Shown here piece by piece: positions 1 to 13,408 of a stretch of 64,000 bases of DNA (position 1 is the stretch's first letter; every line of letters starts with the position of its first letter). The position numbers and the translations under genes were made by a program. Under the pieces are notes generated by a model. The model was not told the origin of the DNA and did no database searches. It saw nothing but the letters and a program-made list of their open reading frames with translations. This stretch comes from Reclinomonas americana ATCC 50394. Taxonomy: Eukaryota. The stretch covers positions 39,663 through 103,662 of the forward strand of contig PS015039.1 of the NCBI GenBank assembly GCA_048213135.1, written 5' to 3'.

Positions 1-378
1 CCGTGAACACGTACGAGAGTGACGAGTAGAGAGAACAGAGTAGAGTACAAGTACGAGAGAGAGAGTAAGAGAGACGAGAGAGAGAGAGCGAGAGAGAGAG
101 AGAGAGGAATGAGTGAGAGGGAAAGGGAGAGTGATTGGGGGAGAGAGAACAAATATGACAAGTGAGAATGAAGAGTGTGAGGAGGGCGATGAGAGCGGGA
201 AACAGGCCTGCAGGGGGTGATTGAGAGCAAGGATGAGCGTGATTGAGAGTGAGAGGAGAGACAAGGGAGAAAGAGAGACAGCAAGACAGCGATACAGAGA
301 GACAGCGAGAGAGATAGCGACAAGAGAGACAAGAGAAGCTGGAGGCAGAGATCGAAGACTTTTCCGCGAGAAAGCCGC

Positions 379-419
<41 letters not shown>

Positions 420-698
420 AAGACCGGGTGACAAGAGAAGCATGTGCGAGAGGAAAGGAGAGAGCGAGAAGAAACAGAAGTTGGGGAAGAGTGAGCAGAC
501 AGTCAGAGACAGAGATCGACAGCGAGAAAGCCGCACTGAGAGACAAGAGAAGCATGCGCGAGAGGAAAGGAGAGAGCGAGGAGAAACAGAAGTTGGGAAA
601 GACAGCGAAAACCGCACTGAGAGAGAGAGGGAAACAGAGGCTGAGCGCTCACTGACACTTGTCTCCTCCTCCTCCTCCTCCTATTCATTCCTTTGCGC

Positions 699-2145
699 AG
701 GCCAGTGAACGCGACACGTTTGCTGGGTTTCAGGATGTAGGCGCTGTGTGTGATGTGCCTGAGGCGGCCTTTTCACAAATTCGAGAGTGCGTGGGAGTGG
801 GAGTGGTGCGATGATTGGTTGTTGTTGTTGTTGGTGTTGACTGGTGGAAAAAAGGGTCACGGAGTGGGCGATGGAGGAGGAGGTGGAGCGGATGGCGGTG
901 CTCACGTTGTTGTGTGCGAGCTCGCAGGCGGTGGGTGTGAAGGGGAAGATAGAGGGATGGGAAGGGAGAGGAAGGAAAGGAGAAGGAGAGAGTTGAGGAA
1001 GATGAAGCTGTGAGAGCGAATTGATTTGACGTGGGGTGGAGGAGGGGGCAACAAAAGGTATGGGAAGGGGAAGGAGAGGGGGAGGAAGGAAGAGGAAAGG
1101 AGGGAGAAGGGGGAGAGATGAGAATGGAGAAGGCGACGGGTGGAGGAGGTGTAAGGCGATCGGGAAGGAGGAGATGGGAGGAGAGGGAGGAGAATAGGAA
1201 ACGCAGGGAAGGAAGCAGGGAAGGAGAACGAGAAGAAAATAAGCGGAGAACAGAAGAAGAAGAATTCAAGTGCTCACTCGTCAATAGACTCACACACTTC
1301 CTCATCAAGCGTCATGATGTGCGTTCTCCTGCTTGGGAAGAGAAAGGGGAGCAGTGAGGAGGTGAAGCAGAGGGTGAAGGTAATCAAGAGATCGAATTGA
1401 GATGGAGAAGTTGAAGACGGCCAAGAGGAGCAAAGAAGCGTTGATGTTTCGTGTGTGTGTCTTTCTGCTCGAAAGATCACGGCGCCTTCTTCTCTTGTCT
1501 CAACGCCATGTTGACCTTGGTTTTCCCACGAGAGACACAGACTGCCTCTGTCCCTGTGTCTCGAGATCGTGGTCGATTCAGTCTTTTGTTGGCCGCTCTC
1601 CAAGAGAAGAGGAGTCGCGCATCCTTCCCTTTCCCTCCCCTTTCCCATTCCTCTTTCCTCTTTCCCCTTTCCTTCCCCCTTCCCTTTCCGCTCCCCTTTC
1701 CTTCCCCCTTCCCTTTCCGCTTCCATTCTCCTTTCCTTTCCCTTGCCGCTTCACCCACTCCTTGTCTCCTTCCCTCCCACTTTCCTTTCCCCTTCCCTTT
1801 CCCCTTCCCCTTCCCTTTCCCCTTCCCTTTCCCTACCCTTTCCCGTTCCTTTCCCCTTCCCTTCCCTTTCCCCATCCTGTCACCCACCCGCATACACAGT
1901 CCCTCCTCGACACACTGCGCACCGCTCTGCGCGTGACCGCCGACAAGAGCACCGGCCGCATCTCGCGACACGATGTGGCCGCCGCCTGGAACACCCTCTG
2001 CAACCTCGATGTGCGCGCCCAAGACGACGCCCTGCTGCGCGCCATCGACGAGTACCTGAGCTCCACCGACGCGGACGATTACACTGTGGACAGAATAGAA
2101 GCGTGGATTGGAGCCAATGAGGTGCTGCTGAGCAGGCTGAAGTGA
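699..2145 (+). CDS. 3' part of a multi-exon gene, probable EF-hand/calcineurin-B-like protein (5' end unresolved)
   Basis: A GC-rich last exon follows a polypyrimidine tract and CAG at about 1899. It reads SLLDTLRTALRVTADKSTGRISRHDVAAAWNTLCN...IDEYLSSTDADDYTVDRIEAWI...LK*, resembling paired helix-loop-helix motifs. Short candidate exons upstream (e.g. DHGAFFSCLNAMLTL at about 1476-1519) are tentative. Confidence 0.4.
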
Positions 2146-2553
2146 AGGGTTGGGAAGGAGTTTCGGTTTTGAAATATCGATGCCTTGGAAGAAGAAACGC
2201 TCTCTATCTCTGGTGTTGTCTTCTCTGTGGCACCCACACCACTGCGCACCGTGCTCGCTTTCCCACCACTTCTCACCAACAGCTGCGACGGTCGGAGTGT
2301 CCGTCCACATCAACAAATTAATTTTCATGTGGCACTGGAGAGACAAACACCGCGCTCGGTCTCGTCGTATCGCCCTTTCCACNNNNNNNNNNNNNNNNNN
2401 NNCACTGTGGCGTGTTCCCTACTTGTCACTCTCTTTTTCTTGCTGCACACACGCTCTCATCATACTCTCTCTCTCTCTCTCTCTCGCCTCCGTTCGCTCT
2501 CTCATTCACTCACTCCCTTTCTCACTGTCACTCTCTCACTCGCTCTGTCTCAG

Positions 2554-4236
2554 GCTGGAGTTGTGACCGTCGCACAATTGAATCGCTGCCGTGTCAGGCG
2601 CGAGAAGGGGATGATGGACGATGCACGGTGCCGAGCATTGCTTGCATGATTGACAGATGATCGAATGATCTGCGACCATCATGCATCGATATCATCGGTG
2701 ACAAGTCGGAGTCGGAGAAGCTCAAGCCGGGCCAGCGTGCTCTGATCAAGACCATTACGAGTGACGGTGTGCAATCTCTGGGAAACAGGAGAGCATGCAC
2801 GAAGTCGAGGACTCTTTGTTTGTGTCCTCGCCGTTTGCGTGGCTGTTGGCTTCTGTTGACTTCCTCTCTTCGGAGACCAAGGCACCTGGTCTTAGCACAG
2901 CGGCGCTCTGCTGTGGTGCAGTATCCCTGTGCGCGGAGTTCATTGCGCAGCATGGGAGCGTTGTGTTCTTCACCTCGCCGTCCACCGGGAGAGACCGCTG
3001 TCACCGTGAAGAGCTTTGAAGAGCTCAAGACGGCACTGGACAGCCACCGTGTTGCGAGGATCAAGCTCTCGGAGTACGAGAGCGAACACGTGCGTGGGTG
3101 GTGGCCATGACCACGCACCTTACACAACACACTCATTTCTCTCATCTCTCTCTTCTCTCCTTCAGTTCGACGAGTCGTTGTACCTCTTTCGTGGAGGATT
3201 TGAACTGTGCGCACGCGTGATGTTCGCGCCGCTTGGCGTCGTCACTGACGTGCGAATGAATGGCGAGATGGGATATTCCCGCAGCCTCAACATTTACAGA
3301 GGCCTCGGGGACTTCGAAGTGGGAGCGCCATCGGCGTGTGTGATGACAGGCTCTGGATGCGTCGCTATCGGGTTGCGCGAGATTGTCATACGTCTACATG
3401 AGGGATCCGCAGCCATCCGGTACTCTGTGCTATTCAGTGATCTGCAGATGTTGCGCGCCGAGTGTTTTCCACCCACCTTGTGCTGGTTTTCCTGACCCTT
3501 GATGGATGAACAGGTTTCATGACAACGGAAGCGTCCCCCTCAGGCAGCGCATGTGCGACCTTGATGCAGCGTCTGCAGCTCTCGCTTCTGGGTGTGTTGT
3601 CTCGCTGTGTTGCGCTTGCGTAGCACTGAGCTCATTGCAGCCATCGTTGTCTTTCAGTGCGACTCTTGGGCCACCGAAAATCGCTGATGATCAGTTTACA
3701 AACATGGTATTTTACGTGAGCGTCTTGCGGCCATGGAGGATGGCAGAGACTCATTGTGTTACATGCAGCGATTCCCAGAAACGTGGGACGAGTGGCCTGG
3801 AGTTGGCGCGATGACCAGGAAACAATGTTACCGCGGAGACGGGCACTCCTTATCTGCTGCCTCCTGCTCACTAATGATGAATCTCGCTTCACGTGCAGTG
3901 CAAGCTATCGGCATGAAGTACTGCAGGCCACCTCCTGCGACGCCAGAAGAGGTCACACCATTGAGATTCAGCAGTTGCGTACACGTGTTGCCCGTGCATT
4001 GCGGCCGTGCGCTCATTGCACTCCCATCAGGCATCTTTGACGGAGATGGCCCAGATGAGTCAGACGGCGGAGAAGACTCAAGAGAGAAATCTGAGGATGG
4101 TGTGCGAGAGAACGACATCAACCGAATTGTGGCATTTCTCCGACGCGAGAAAGTCACGCACTGGAGCATGCTGGCCAGTCAGCTTCTGTCGTGGAAGATG
4201 AAGACTCAGGCGTCGGCGTTTCTTCATCCGTGGTGA
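2554..4236 (+). CDS. Uncharacterised multi-exon protein, tandem copy 1 (first exon probably in the N gap)
   Basis: Spliced frame ...TVKSFEELKTALDSHRVARIKLSEYESEH|FDESLYLFRGG...DLQM|FHDNGSVP...FTNM|RFPETWDEWPG...TPLRFSS|IFDGDG...FLHPW*. Differences between copies are mostly third-position in these frames, and indels fall in predicted introns. Confidence 0.65.
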
Positions 4237-5117
4237 CCCTCAACAGCGGTTGTCTTGTGATAATTCAGTGGAGCCCCACAGGGTCACTTCGTGCATGTGT
4301 CCACCTTTGTTGTTTCTGAGGTGTGGGTGATGGTATGTGGAGTCCGCACAGCTGTTGCAGTTGTCGAGAGTTTCGGTATTGAAATATCGATGTTTCGGAA
4401 GAAGAAACGCTCTCTCTCTCTCTGGTGTTGCCTTCTCTGTGGCACCCACACCACTGCGCACCGTGCTCGCTTTTCCACCACTTCTCACCAACAGCTGCGA
4501 CTGTCGGAGTGTCCGTCAACATCAACAAATTAGTTTGCATGTGGCACTCGCGCGACATACATCAGACTCTCGGTCTCGTCGTTCGCCCTTTCCATNNNNN
4601 NNNNNNNNNNNNNNNNNNNNNNNNNNNNNNNNNNNNNNNNNNNNNNNNNNNNNNNNNNNNNNNNNNNNNNNNNNNNNNNNNNNNNNNNNNNNNNNNNNNN
4701 NNNNNNNNNNNNNNNNNNNNNNNNNNNNNNNNNNNNNNNNNNNNNNNNNNNNNNNNNNNNNNNNNNNNNNNNNNNNNNNNNNNNNNNNNNNNNNNNNNNN
4801 NNNNNNNNNNNNNNNNNNNNNNNNNNNNNNNNNNNNNNNNNNNNNNNNNNNNNNNNNNNNNNNNNNNNNNNNNNNNNNNNNNNNNNNNNNNNNNNNNNNN
4901 NNNNNNNNNNNNNNNNNNNNNNNNNNNNNNNNNNNNNNNNNNNNNNNNNNNNNNNNNNNNNNNNNNNNNNNNNNNNNNNNNNNNNNNNNNNNNNNNNNNN
5001 NNNNNNNNNNNNNNNNNNNNNNNNNNNNNNNNNNNNNNNNNNNNNNNNNNNNNNNNNNNNNNNNNNNNNNNNNNNNNNNNNNNNNNNNNNNNNNNNNNNN
5101 NNNNNNNNNNNNNNNNN

Positions 5118-5232
<115 letters not shown>

Positions 5233-5397
5233 ACGCTGGATCGCTCACAGAATCACTGTGGCTGTTCCCATTGCACTCTCTTTTCTGCTGCACACACGCT
5301 CTCATCATACTCTCTCTCACTCGCTTCTCTCTCTCTCTCTCTCTCTCACTCGCTTTCTCTCTCTCTCTCTCTCACTCAGTCACTCGCTCTGTCTCAG

Positions 5398-7076
5398 GCT
5401 GGAGTTGTGACCGTCGCACAGTACGATCGCTGCCGTGTCAGGTGGTGCAGGCGCGAGAAGGGGATGATGGGCGATGCACGGTGCCGAGCATTGCTTGCAT
5501 GATTGCCAGATGAACGAATGATCTGCGACCATCATGCATCATTGGTGACGAGTCAGAGAAGCTCAAGCCGGGCCAGCGTGCGCTGGTCAAGACCATTACG
5601 AGTGACGGTGTGTGATCTCTGGGAAACAGGAGAGCGCATGCACGAAGTCGAGGACTCTTTGTTTGTGTCCTCTCTGTTTGCGTGGCTGTTGGCTTCTGTG
5701 ACTTCCTCTCTTCGGAGACCAAGGCACGCGGTCTTTCCACAGCGGTGTTCTTCTGTGGTGCAGTATCCCTGTGCGAGGAGTTTCTTCGCTGCGCAGCATG
5801 GGAGCGTTGTGCTCTTCACCTCGCCGTCCACGGGGAGAGACCGCTGTCACCGTAAAGAGCTTTGAAGAGCTCAAGACGGCACTGGACAGCCACCGTGTTG
5901 CGAGGATCAAGCTCTCGGAGTACGAGAGCGAACACGTGCGTGGGTGGTGGCCATGACCACGCACCTTACACAACACACTCATTTCTCTCATTTCTCTCTT
6001 CTCTCCTTCAGTTCGACGAGTCGTTGTACCTCTTTCGTGGAGGATTTGAACTGTGCGCACGCGTGATGTTCAGATCGCTCGGTGTCGTCACTGACGTGCG
6101 AATGAATGGCGAGATGGAGTATTCCCGCAGCCTCAACATTTACAGAGGCCTTGGAGACTTCGAAGTGGGAGCGCCATCTGCCTGTGTGGTGACTGGCTCT
6201 GGATGCGTCGCTATCGGGTTGCGCGAGATTGTCATTCGTCTTCGTGAGGGACCCGCAGCCATCCGGTACTCTGTGCTATTCAGTGATCTGCAGATGTTGC
6301 GCGCCGGGTGTTTTCCACTCATCCTGTGCTGGTTTGCCTGACCCTTGATGGATGAACAGGTTTCATGACAACGGAAGCGTCCCCCTCAGGCAGCGCATGT
6401 GCGACCTTGATGCAGCGTCTGCAGCTATTGCTTCTGGGTGTGTTTCATTCACTGTGTTGCGCTGCGCTTGCGCTGAACTCATTGCCGTTTTCTTTCAGTG
6501 CGACTCTTGGGCCGCCGAGGATCGCTGATGATCGGTTTACAAGCATGGTATTGTACATGAACGTCTTGCGCTTGGAGAGTGACAGAGACTCATTGTGTTA
6601 CATGCAGCGATTCCCAGAAACGTGGGACGAGTGGCCTGGAGTTGGCGCGATGACCAGGAAACAATGTTACCGCGGAGACGGGCACTCCTTATCTGCTGCC
6701 TCCAGTTCACTGATGATGAATCTCGCTTCACGTGCAGTGCAAGCTATCGGCATGAAGTACTGCAGGCCACCTCCTGCGACGCCAGAAGAGGTCACACCAT
6801 TGAGATTCAGCAGTTGCGTACACGTGTTTGCCAGTGCATTGCGGCTGTGAGCTCATCGCACTCCAATCAGGCATCTTTGTCGGAGATGGCCCAGATGAGT
6901 CTGACGGAAGAGAAGACTCAAGAGAGAAATCTGAGGATGGTGTGCGCGAGAACAACATCGATCGAATTGTGGCATTTCTCCGACGCGAGAAAGTCACGCA
7001 CTGGAGCATGCTGGCCAGTCAGCTTCTGTCGTGGAAGATGAAACCTGAGGCGTCGGCGTTTCTTCATCCGTGGTGA
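5398..7076 (+). CDS. Uncharacterised multi-exon protein, tandem copy 2 (first exon probably in the N gap)
   Basis: Same exon series as copy 1. Its indels near 6570 and 6826 lie inside predicted introns. Confidence 0.6.
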
Positions 7077-7446
7077 CACTCAACAGCTGTTGTCTTGTGA
7101 TAATTCAGTGGAGCCCCACAGGGTCACTTCGTGCATGTGTCCACCTTTGTTGTTTCTGAGGTGTGGGTGATGGTATGTGGAGTCCGCACAGCAGTTGCAG
7201 TTGTCGAGAGTTTCGGTATTGAAATATCGATGTTTCGGAAGAAGAAACGCTCTCTCTCTCTCTGGTGTTGCCTTCTCTGTAGCACCCACACCACTGCACG
7301 CCATGCTTGCTTTTCCACCACTTTTCACCAACAGCTGCGACGGTCGGAGTGTCCGTCAACATCAACAAATTAGTTTGCATGTGGCACTCGCGCGACATAC
7401 ATCAGACTCTCGGTCTCGTCGTTCGCCCTTTCCACGCACTACTACT

Positions 7447-9497
7447 ATGCCTGCGACACAGAAGATGATACGGGTGCGTCGACTGCACCATTCCACGCGC
7501 ACATGCGCACACACGTACACGGACACACACTCTCTTCTCCTCTCATTCTCTCTCTCTCTCTCTCACTCACGCTGGATCGCCNNNNNNNNNNNNNNNNNNN
7601 NNNNNNNNNNNNNNNNNNNNNNNNNNNNNNNNNNNNNNNNNNNNNNNNNNNNNNNNNNNNNNNNNNNNNNNNNNNNNNNNNNNNNNNNNCAACCGACCGT
7701 CCTTCCTACTCACTACTACTCTCTCTCTCTCTCTCTCTCTCTCTCGCCTCCGCTCGCTCTCTCTCTCGCTTTCTCTCTCTCTATCTCACACTCACTCGCT
7801 CTGTCTCAGGCTGGAGTTGTGACCGTCGCACAGTACGATCGCTGCCGTGTCAGGTGGTGCAGGCGCGAGAAGGGGATGATGGACGATGCACGGTGCCGAG
7901 CATTGCTTGCATGATTGACAGATGATCGAATGATCTGCGACCATCATGCACGGTGACGAGTCGGAGAAGCTCAAGCCGGGCCAGCATGCGCTGATCAAGA
8001 CCATTACGAGTGACGGTGTACGATCTCTGGGAGAGAGGAGAGCGTGTGGACGAAGTCGAGGACTCTTTGTTTGTGTCCTCGCCGTTTGCGTGGCTGTTGG
8101 CCTCTGTTAACTTCCTCTCTTCGGAGACCAAGGCACCTGGTCTTTCCACAGCGGTGTTCTTCTGTGGTGCAGTATCCCTGTGCGAGGAGTTCGTTGCGCA
8201 GCATGGGAGCGTTGTGTTCATCACCTCGCCGTCCACCGGGAGAGACCGCGGTCACTGTAAAGAGCTTTGAAGAGCTCAAGACGGCACTGGACAGCCGCCG
8301 TGTTGCGAGGATCAAGCTCTCTGAGCATGAGAGTGAACACGTGCGTGGGTGGTGGCCATGACCACGCACCTTACACAAGACACTCATTTCTCTCATCTCT
8401 CTCTTCTCTCCTTCAGTTCGACGAGTCGTTGTACCTCTTTCGTGGAGGATTTGAACTGTGCGCACGCGTGATGTTCGCGCCGCTTGGCGTCGTCACTGAC
8501 GTGCGAATGAATGGCGAGATGGAGTATTCCCGCAGCCTCAACATTTACAGAGGCCTTGGAGACTTCGAAGTGGGAGCGCCATCTGCCTGTGTGGTGACTG
8601 GCTCTGGATGCGTCGCTATCGGGTTGCGCGAGATTGTCATTCGTCTACATGAGGGATCCGCAGCCATCCGGTACTCTGTGCTATTCAGTGATCTGCAGAT
8701 GTTGCGCACTGTGAATGTTTTCCCACCCACCTTGTGATGATTTGACTCGCTGCGATTGAGCAGGTTTCATGACAACGGAAGCGTCCCCCTCAGGCAGCGC
8801 ATGTGCGACCTTGATGCAGCGTCTGCAGCTCTCGCTTCTGGGTGTGTTGTCTCGCTGTGTTGCACTTGCGTAGCGCTGCGCCTTCGCTGAGCTCATTGCC
8901 GCCATCGTTGTCTTTCAGTGCGACTCTTGGGCCACCGAAAATCGCTGATGATCAGTTTACAAACATGGTATTGTACATGAGCGTCTTTCGGCCATGGAGG
9001 ATGACAGAGACTCATTGTGTTGCATGTAGCGATTCCCAGAAACGTGGGACGAGTGGCCTGGAGTTGGCGCGATGACCAGGAAACAATGTTACCGCGGTGA
9101 CGGGCACTCATCATCTGCTGCCTCCTGCTCACTGATGATGAATCTCGCTTCACGTGCAGTGCAAGCTATCGGCATGAAGTACTGCAGGCCACCTCCCGCA
9201 ACACCAGAAGAGGTGACGCCATTGAGATTCAGCAGTTGCGTACACGTGTTGCCGGTGCATTGCGGCCGTGCGCTCATTGCACTCCCATCAGGCATCTTTG
9301 ACGGAGATGGCCCAGATGAGTCTGACGGAGGAGAAAACTCACGACGGAAATCCGAAGACGGTGTGCGCGAGAACGACATCGATCGAATTGTGGCATTTCT
9401 CCGACGCGAGAAAGTCACGCACTGGAGCATGCTGGCCAGTCAGCTTCTGTCGTGGAAGCTGAAGACTCAGGCGTCGGCGTTTATTCATCCGTGGTGA
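7447..9497 (+). CDS. Uncharacterised multi-exon protein, tandem copy 3
   Basis: Candidate first exon ATG 7447 MPATQKMIR followed by donor GTGCGT. Downstream exons as in copies 1 and 2. Synonymous changes, e.g. CCT GCG ACG...GTC ACA in copy 1 versus CCC GCA ACA...GTG ACG here. Confidence 0.65.
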
Positions 9498-9675
9498 TTC
9501 TTAAACTTGCATGCGGCAGTAGATTATCAATGCCACTCGTTGTGGTGCAATAACAACGCTGTTGCCAGTGCATCTCTGGCCTCTGCACAACGAGCGCACG
9601 TACAACTACAAGCTTAAGTATCTATCGATTACCTATCAACGAATGACACCAGCAACAACAGCGCTGCTTCCCACT

Positions 9676-11288
9676 TCACTCTGCACTGACATGTGCATAC
9701 TCCACTTCCTCCAACTTCTCAAAGGGAACTTCCACTCCCGATGCAAACTGCAACCGCCATCGGTCACCGGCACCGTGTGTAAAGTTGTCAAATATGCTGA
9801 CCACTGATTCGGCAGTTCCTGCCGCCGTCGCCGCCGCCGCCACCAGCCGCCATTGATCCACATGCGCCTGCTGCATTTCCGTCTCATTCGTCCATGTCGT
9901 GAACACACCGACCAATCGAGGCTTCCGAACGGCGGAGCTAGCGCTAGCGCTGACCATGCGCATGCACTCGATGTACTGGGAAACGGCGGCCAGCATGGCG
10001 GAATCGTCCAACCGCGCCGGCCGCCCAGGCCAGCAGCAGGTGAACGAGTGCTGTTCCAGCGAGATGCCGCCCCGTTCCACGCAGTCGGACACAGGGCCGT
10101 AGTAGCCGCGATTGCCCAGTCGCCACACCTCAGCCGTGCGAAGCTCGGTGACTGGATCTGGACCAGCTGCGTCTCCCGGTACCGGTTCTCTTGCCGGTGG
10201 CTCCTTGAGATACGCCAGTCCATTCATATAGCTCGAGCTCATGCTGTCGAAAAGAGTGCTCTCAACGTACACCTTTGGTGGCGGAAGCTGATGACTGAGC
10301 GATGGATTCACCGCAAGAACGGCCACGGACAGGCCGCCAAGAGCGGCCTCGAGGGCGAATCGCGGCAAGTTTTGTTCGGCATTCACGCCGCCCACCACGA
10401 GAACAGTGAGATCTGGCACGTGCCTGGCGAGGGACACAAACACCCGTCGGAAGCGCGCGCGCTCCTCATGCTCGACCGAGGCCGGCACGCGCCTACGGAA
10501 GGAGCCACTCATGACACGCGACAAGGTGTGGATAACCAGGTGTAGCGGGGGAGTAGAAGATGCCGCTGCCTGCTGACAGTGCTTCTCCACCGCAGGCACG
10601 CCACAGTGGCGCAGAGGGGCGAGCTCGTCGGCAAGATTGGCGCCAGCCACCGGCAACTCGCTATCATAGGTTTCCGTTGATCGCCGGCGGTCTTCCGCGA
10701 GAGACCAATCATAGTCGCAGTACAGCTGCTCTGCCGAGCGTTCGCGCTCGGCAGCAAACCTCGATACCACCACCTCTCGCTGCTGCAGCTCAAGGCTGAC
10801 CTTGAACAAGGCGATCTTGAGGTCGCGCACGGTGGCCGACACGGGCACCATTGCCTCAATGATGGAGGTGCCGCCGCCCATGAAGTACGAAGCGCGCACG
10901 AGAACGCTGCCCGCCGGAGCGGATGACATCGTCGATCTCGAGGCGCCGACCCTGCTGGTGTACAGTGACTGGGCATGGTGCGGTCGAGTGAGTAACTCGT
11001 CGCGAGGTAGGATGCGCACACGCACAAGTGTCTTACCCGAACGCGCGTGGGCATCTGCAGTCCCAGCCGCACATCGTAGTCGTGAGCCGCTTGCGCTGCG
11101 CGACTAATCGCTTCAATGTCGTCCGACGCGCCAGCTGCAGCGCTGCCAACAGAACGCTGGTCACGATTGCCGGCGCCTTGGTCGCCCTCGCTAGTCATGC
11201 CATGATCTGCCGGCGTCGGTGCAGCACCATCGTCGACAGGTGCGATGGCAGTGAGCGCTTGGTCAACTCTCTGCTCTCCAGCGTCCAT
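9676..11288 (-). CDS. Two-exon protein with an internal ubiquitin-like domain and an unknown C-terminal alpha/beta domain
   Basis: ORF 11288 (MDAGEQ...QMPTRVR) joins ORF 9676-11025 (SLYTSRVG...) via a GTAAGA...CAG intron at about 11035-10969. The motifs VPVSATVRDLKIAL...GANLADELAPLRHCGV...PLHLVI resemble a ubiquitin fold with an insertion. Confidence 0.6.
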
Positions 11289-11825
11289 AAGATAAGGCTG
11301 TTGTCAGAAAGGATAATCCGAAACCTGCCACTGCTGCATTTTTGACAGGTTTTGTCATCATCGTCATGCACGAACAATAACTATGCAGCCACCAGCGGGA
11401 AGACCCTTGACACTACGTCGCCTCCTCTCTCTCTCTCNNNNNNNNNNNNNNNNNNNNNNNNNNNNNNNNNNNNNNNNNNNNNNNNNNNNNNNNNNNNNNN
11501 NNNNNNNNNNNNNNNNNNNNNNNNNNNNNNNNNNNNNNNNNNNNNNNNNNNNNNNNNNNNNNNNNNNNNNNNNNNNNNNNNNNNNNNNNNNNNNNNNNNN
11601 NNNNNNNNNNNNNNNNNNNNNNNNNNNNNNNNNNNNNNNNNNNNNNNNNNNNNNNNNNNNNNNNNNNNNNNNNNNNNNNNNNNNNNNNNNNNNNNNNNNN
11701 NNNNNNNNNNNNNNNNNNNNNNNNNNNNNNNNTCCCTCCTCTCTCTCTCTATCTCTCTCTCCTCTCTGCTCTCTCCCTGTCTCTCTCACGAACGACGATA
11801 GCCAACAACACCGCCTCTCTGTACA

Positions 11826-12443
11826 TTACAAATCTCCAAACCCCAATGCACCAAAAGGATCCTCCAAGTCACCGCCTAATGCCGGCACCTGCTGCTGCTG
11901 CTGTTGCTGCTGCTGCAGCGGGTGATATGCGGCAAGCGGTGCGCCTGCTGCCTCATGCTCTGCTTGATATGCGTCATCGTTGTCGCCAGCGGTGGGCATT
12001 TGTCGCCACCCGCCAGTCAAGAGATCCCACAGGTTGGTCATTGGGTCAGACAAAGGCAAAGGATGCAGGGAGTGTGTGTGAGAGACAAAGGAGACTTGCG
12101 ACGAGTGCGAGTGCGTTCTCGCACACTTCGAACAAATGCAATGCGACGGACAGTTAACCGCCGGGACGACGCCTGAGCTCTCTGTCGCGCACAGAGAGGT
12201 ACTGCCCTCTGTCTCACCGCCTGACGCTTGATTCTCCCGAATGGTCATCGCAATGCACGATTCGGCTCCCGGTGTTTTCTTGACGGCCTCCTGTTCCGAC
12301 TCACCCCTCGTCCATGCGTGGAAGAAATGGAATGAGAACGCGGAGAGCAAAGATTCGCTGTGCGTGCCAGCGCAGCCGCCTGCTCGTTGTGACATCAGGT
12401 GCGCAGCGTCTTTGTGACGAACGTCGACTCTTTGTGGCCGCAT
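11826..12443 (-). CDS. Possible small hypothetical protein with a polyQ tract
   Basis: Open frame ending MTNLWDLLTGGWRQ...QQQQQQQQQVPALGGDLEDPFGALGFGDL*. No recognisable homology. Confidence 0.25.
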   Translation of the reverse strand: MRPQRVDVRHKDAAHLMSQRAGGCAGTHSESLLSAFSFHFFHAWTRGESEQEAVKKTPGAESCIAMTIRENQASGGETEGSTSLCATESSGVVPAVNCPSHCICSKCARTHSHSSQVSFVSHTHSLHPLPLSDPMTNLWDLLTGGWRQMPTAGDNDDAYQAEHEAAGAPLAAYHPLQQQQQQQQQVPALGGDLEDPFGALGFGDL

Positions 12444-12569
12444 TCTTTTGTCAGGAAGATGTGCGTGTGCGTTGAAGAAGGAGAGTAGAGGAAGTGAGAA
12501 GGTGGACGCCTTGTACAGAAGAAAGGAGCGAGAGCCTTTGACTCACTCTCTCATGGAGCAGGTGTGTGC

Positions 12570-12675
<106 letters not shown>

Positions 12676-13408
12676 GACGTCGTACGTTCTCTCTCTCTCT
12701 CGTCGTCGTACGTACGTAGTACGGAGTAGGTACGTACGTACGTACGTACGTACGTACGTTACGNNNNNNNNNNNNNNNNNNNNNNNNNNNNNNNNNNNNN
12801 NNNNNNNNNNNNNNNNNNNNNNNNNNNNNNNNNNNNNNNNNNNNNNNNNNNNNNNNNNNNNNNNNNNNNNNNNNNNNNNNNNNNNNNNNNNNNNNNNNNN
12901 NNNNNNNNNNNNNNNNNNNNNNNNNNNNNNNNNNNNNNNNNNNNNNNNNNNNNNNNNNNNNNNNNNNNNNNNNNNNNNNNNNNNNNNNNNNNNNNNNNNN
13001 NNNNNNNNNNNNNGAGAGAGAGAGAGAGAGAGAGAGAGGAAGCGAGAGAGAGAGAGAGAGAGAGAATGGGAGAGAGTCGTCGACGCCATTTCTTCTCCCT
13101 CTCATTCTGTCGCTGGATAAGAGAGGATGTGGTCCACAGTCTCATTGAACTTGTGCGTTTGTGCGGGTGGCGGGAGAGTGGGTGAGATCTCTTCCCGCGA
13201 ATCGTTGTCATGTATGTTGTTGGAGGAAAAGAGAATGCCAGTGAGACTCTCTCATGCCAAGGAAAAAGTAGAAGAGGATACGGGGAGAGGGAAGCTTTAG
13301 AGGACGGATGCCTTGTTCTTTACCGCCTCTTTTCCCGCCGGAACTATTGACGCCCTCCTTATCGGCGTTTGTGTGAGAGAGGAAGGACGTCTGTCACCTT
13401 GTACCCGG

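Noticed and set aside
3700-3770. Apparent frameshifts and stops between tandem copies (2-nt indel; TAG at about 9027 in copy 3)
   Set aside because: These fall inside a predicted intron (GTATT...CAG, or TAG in copy 3), so they are not evidence of pseudogenisation.
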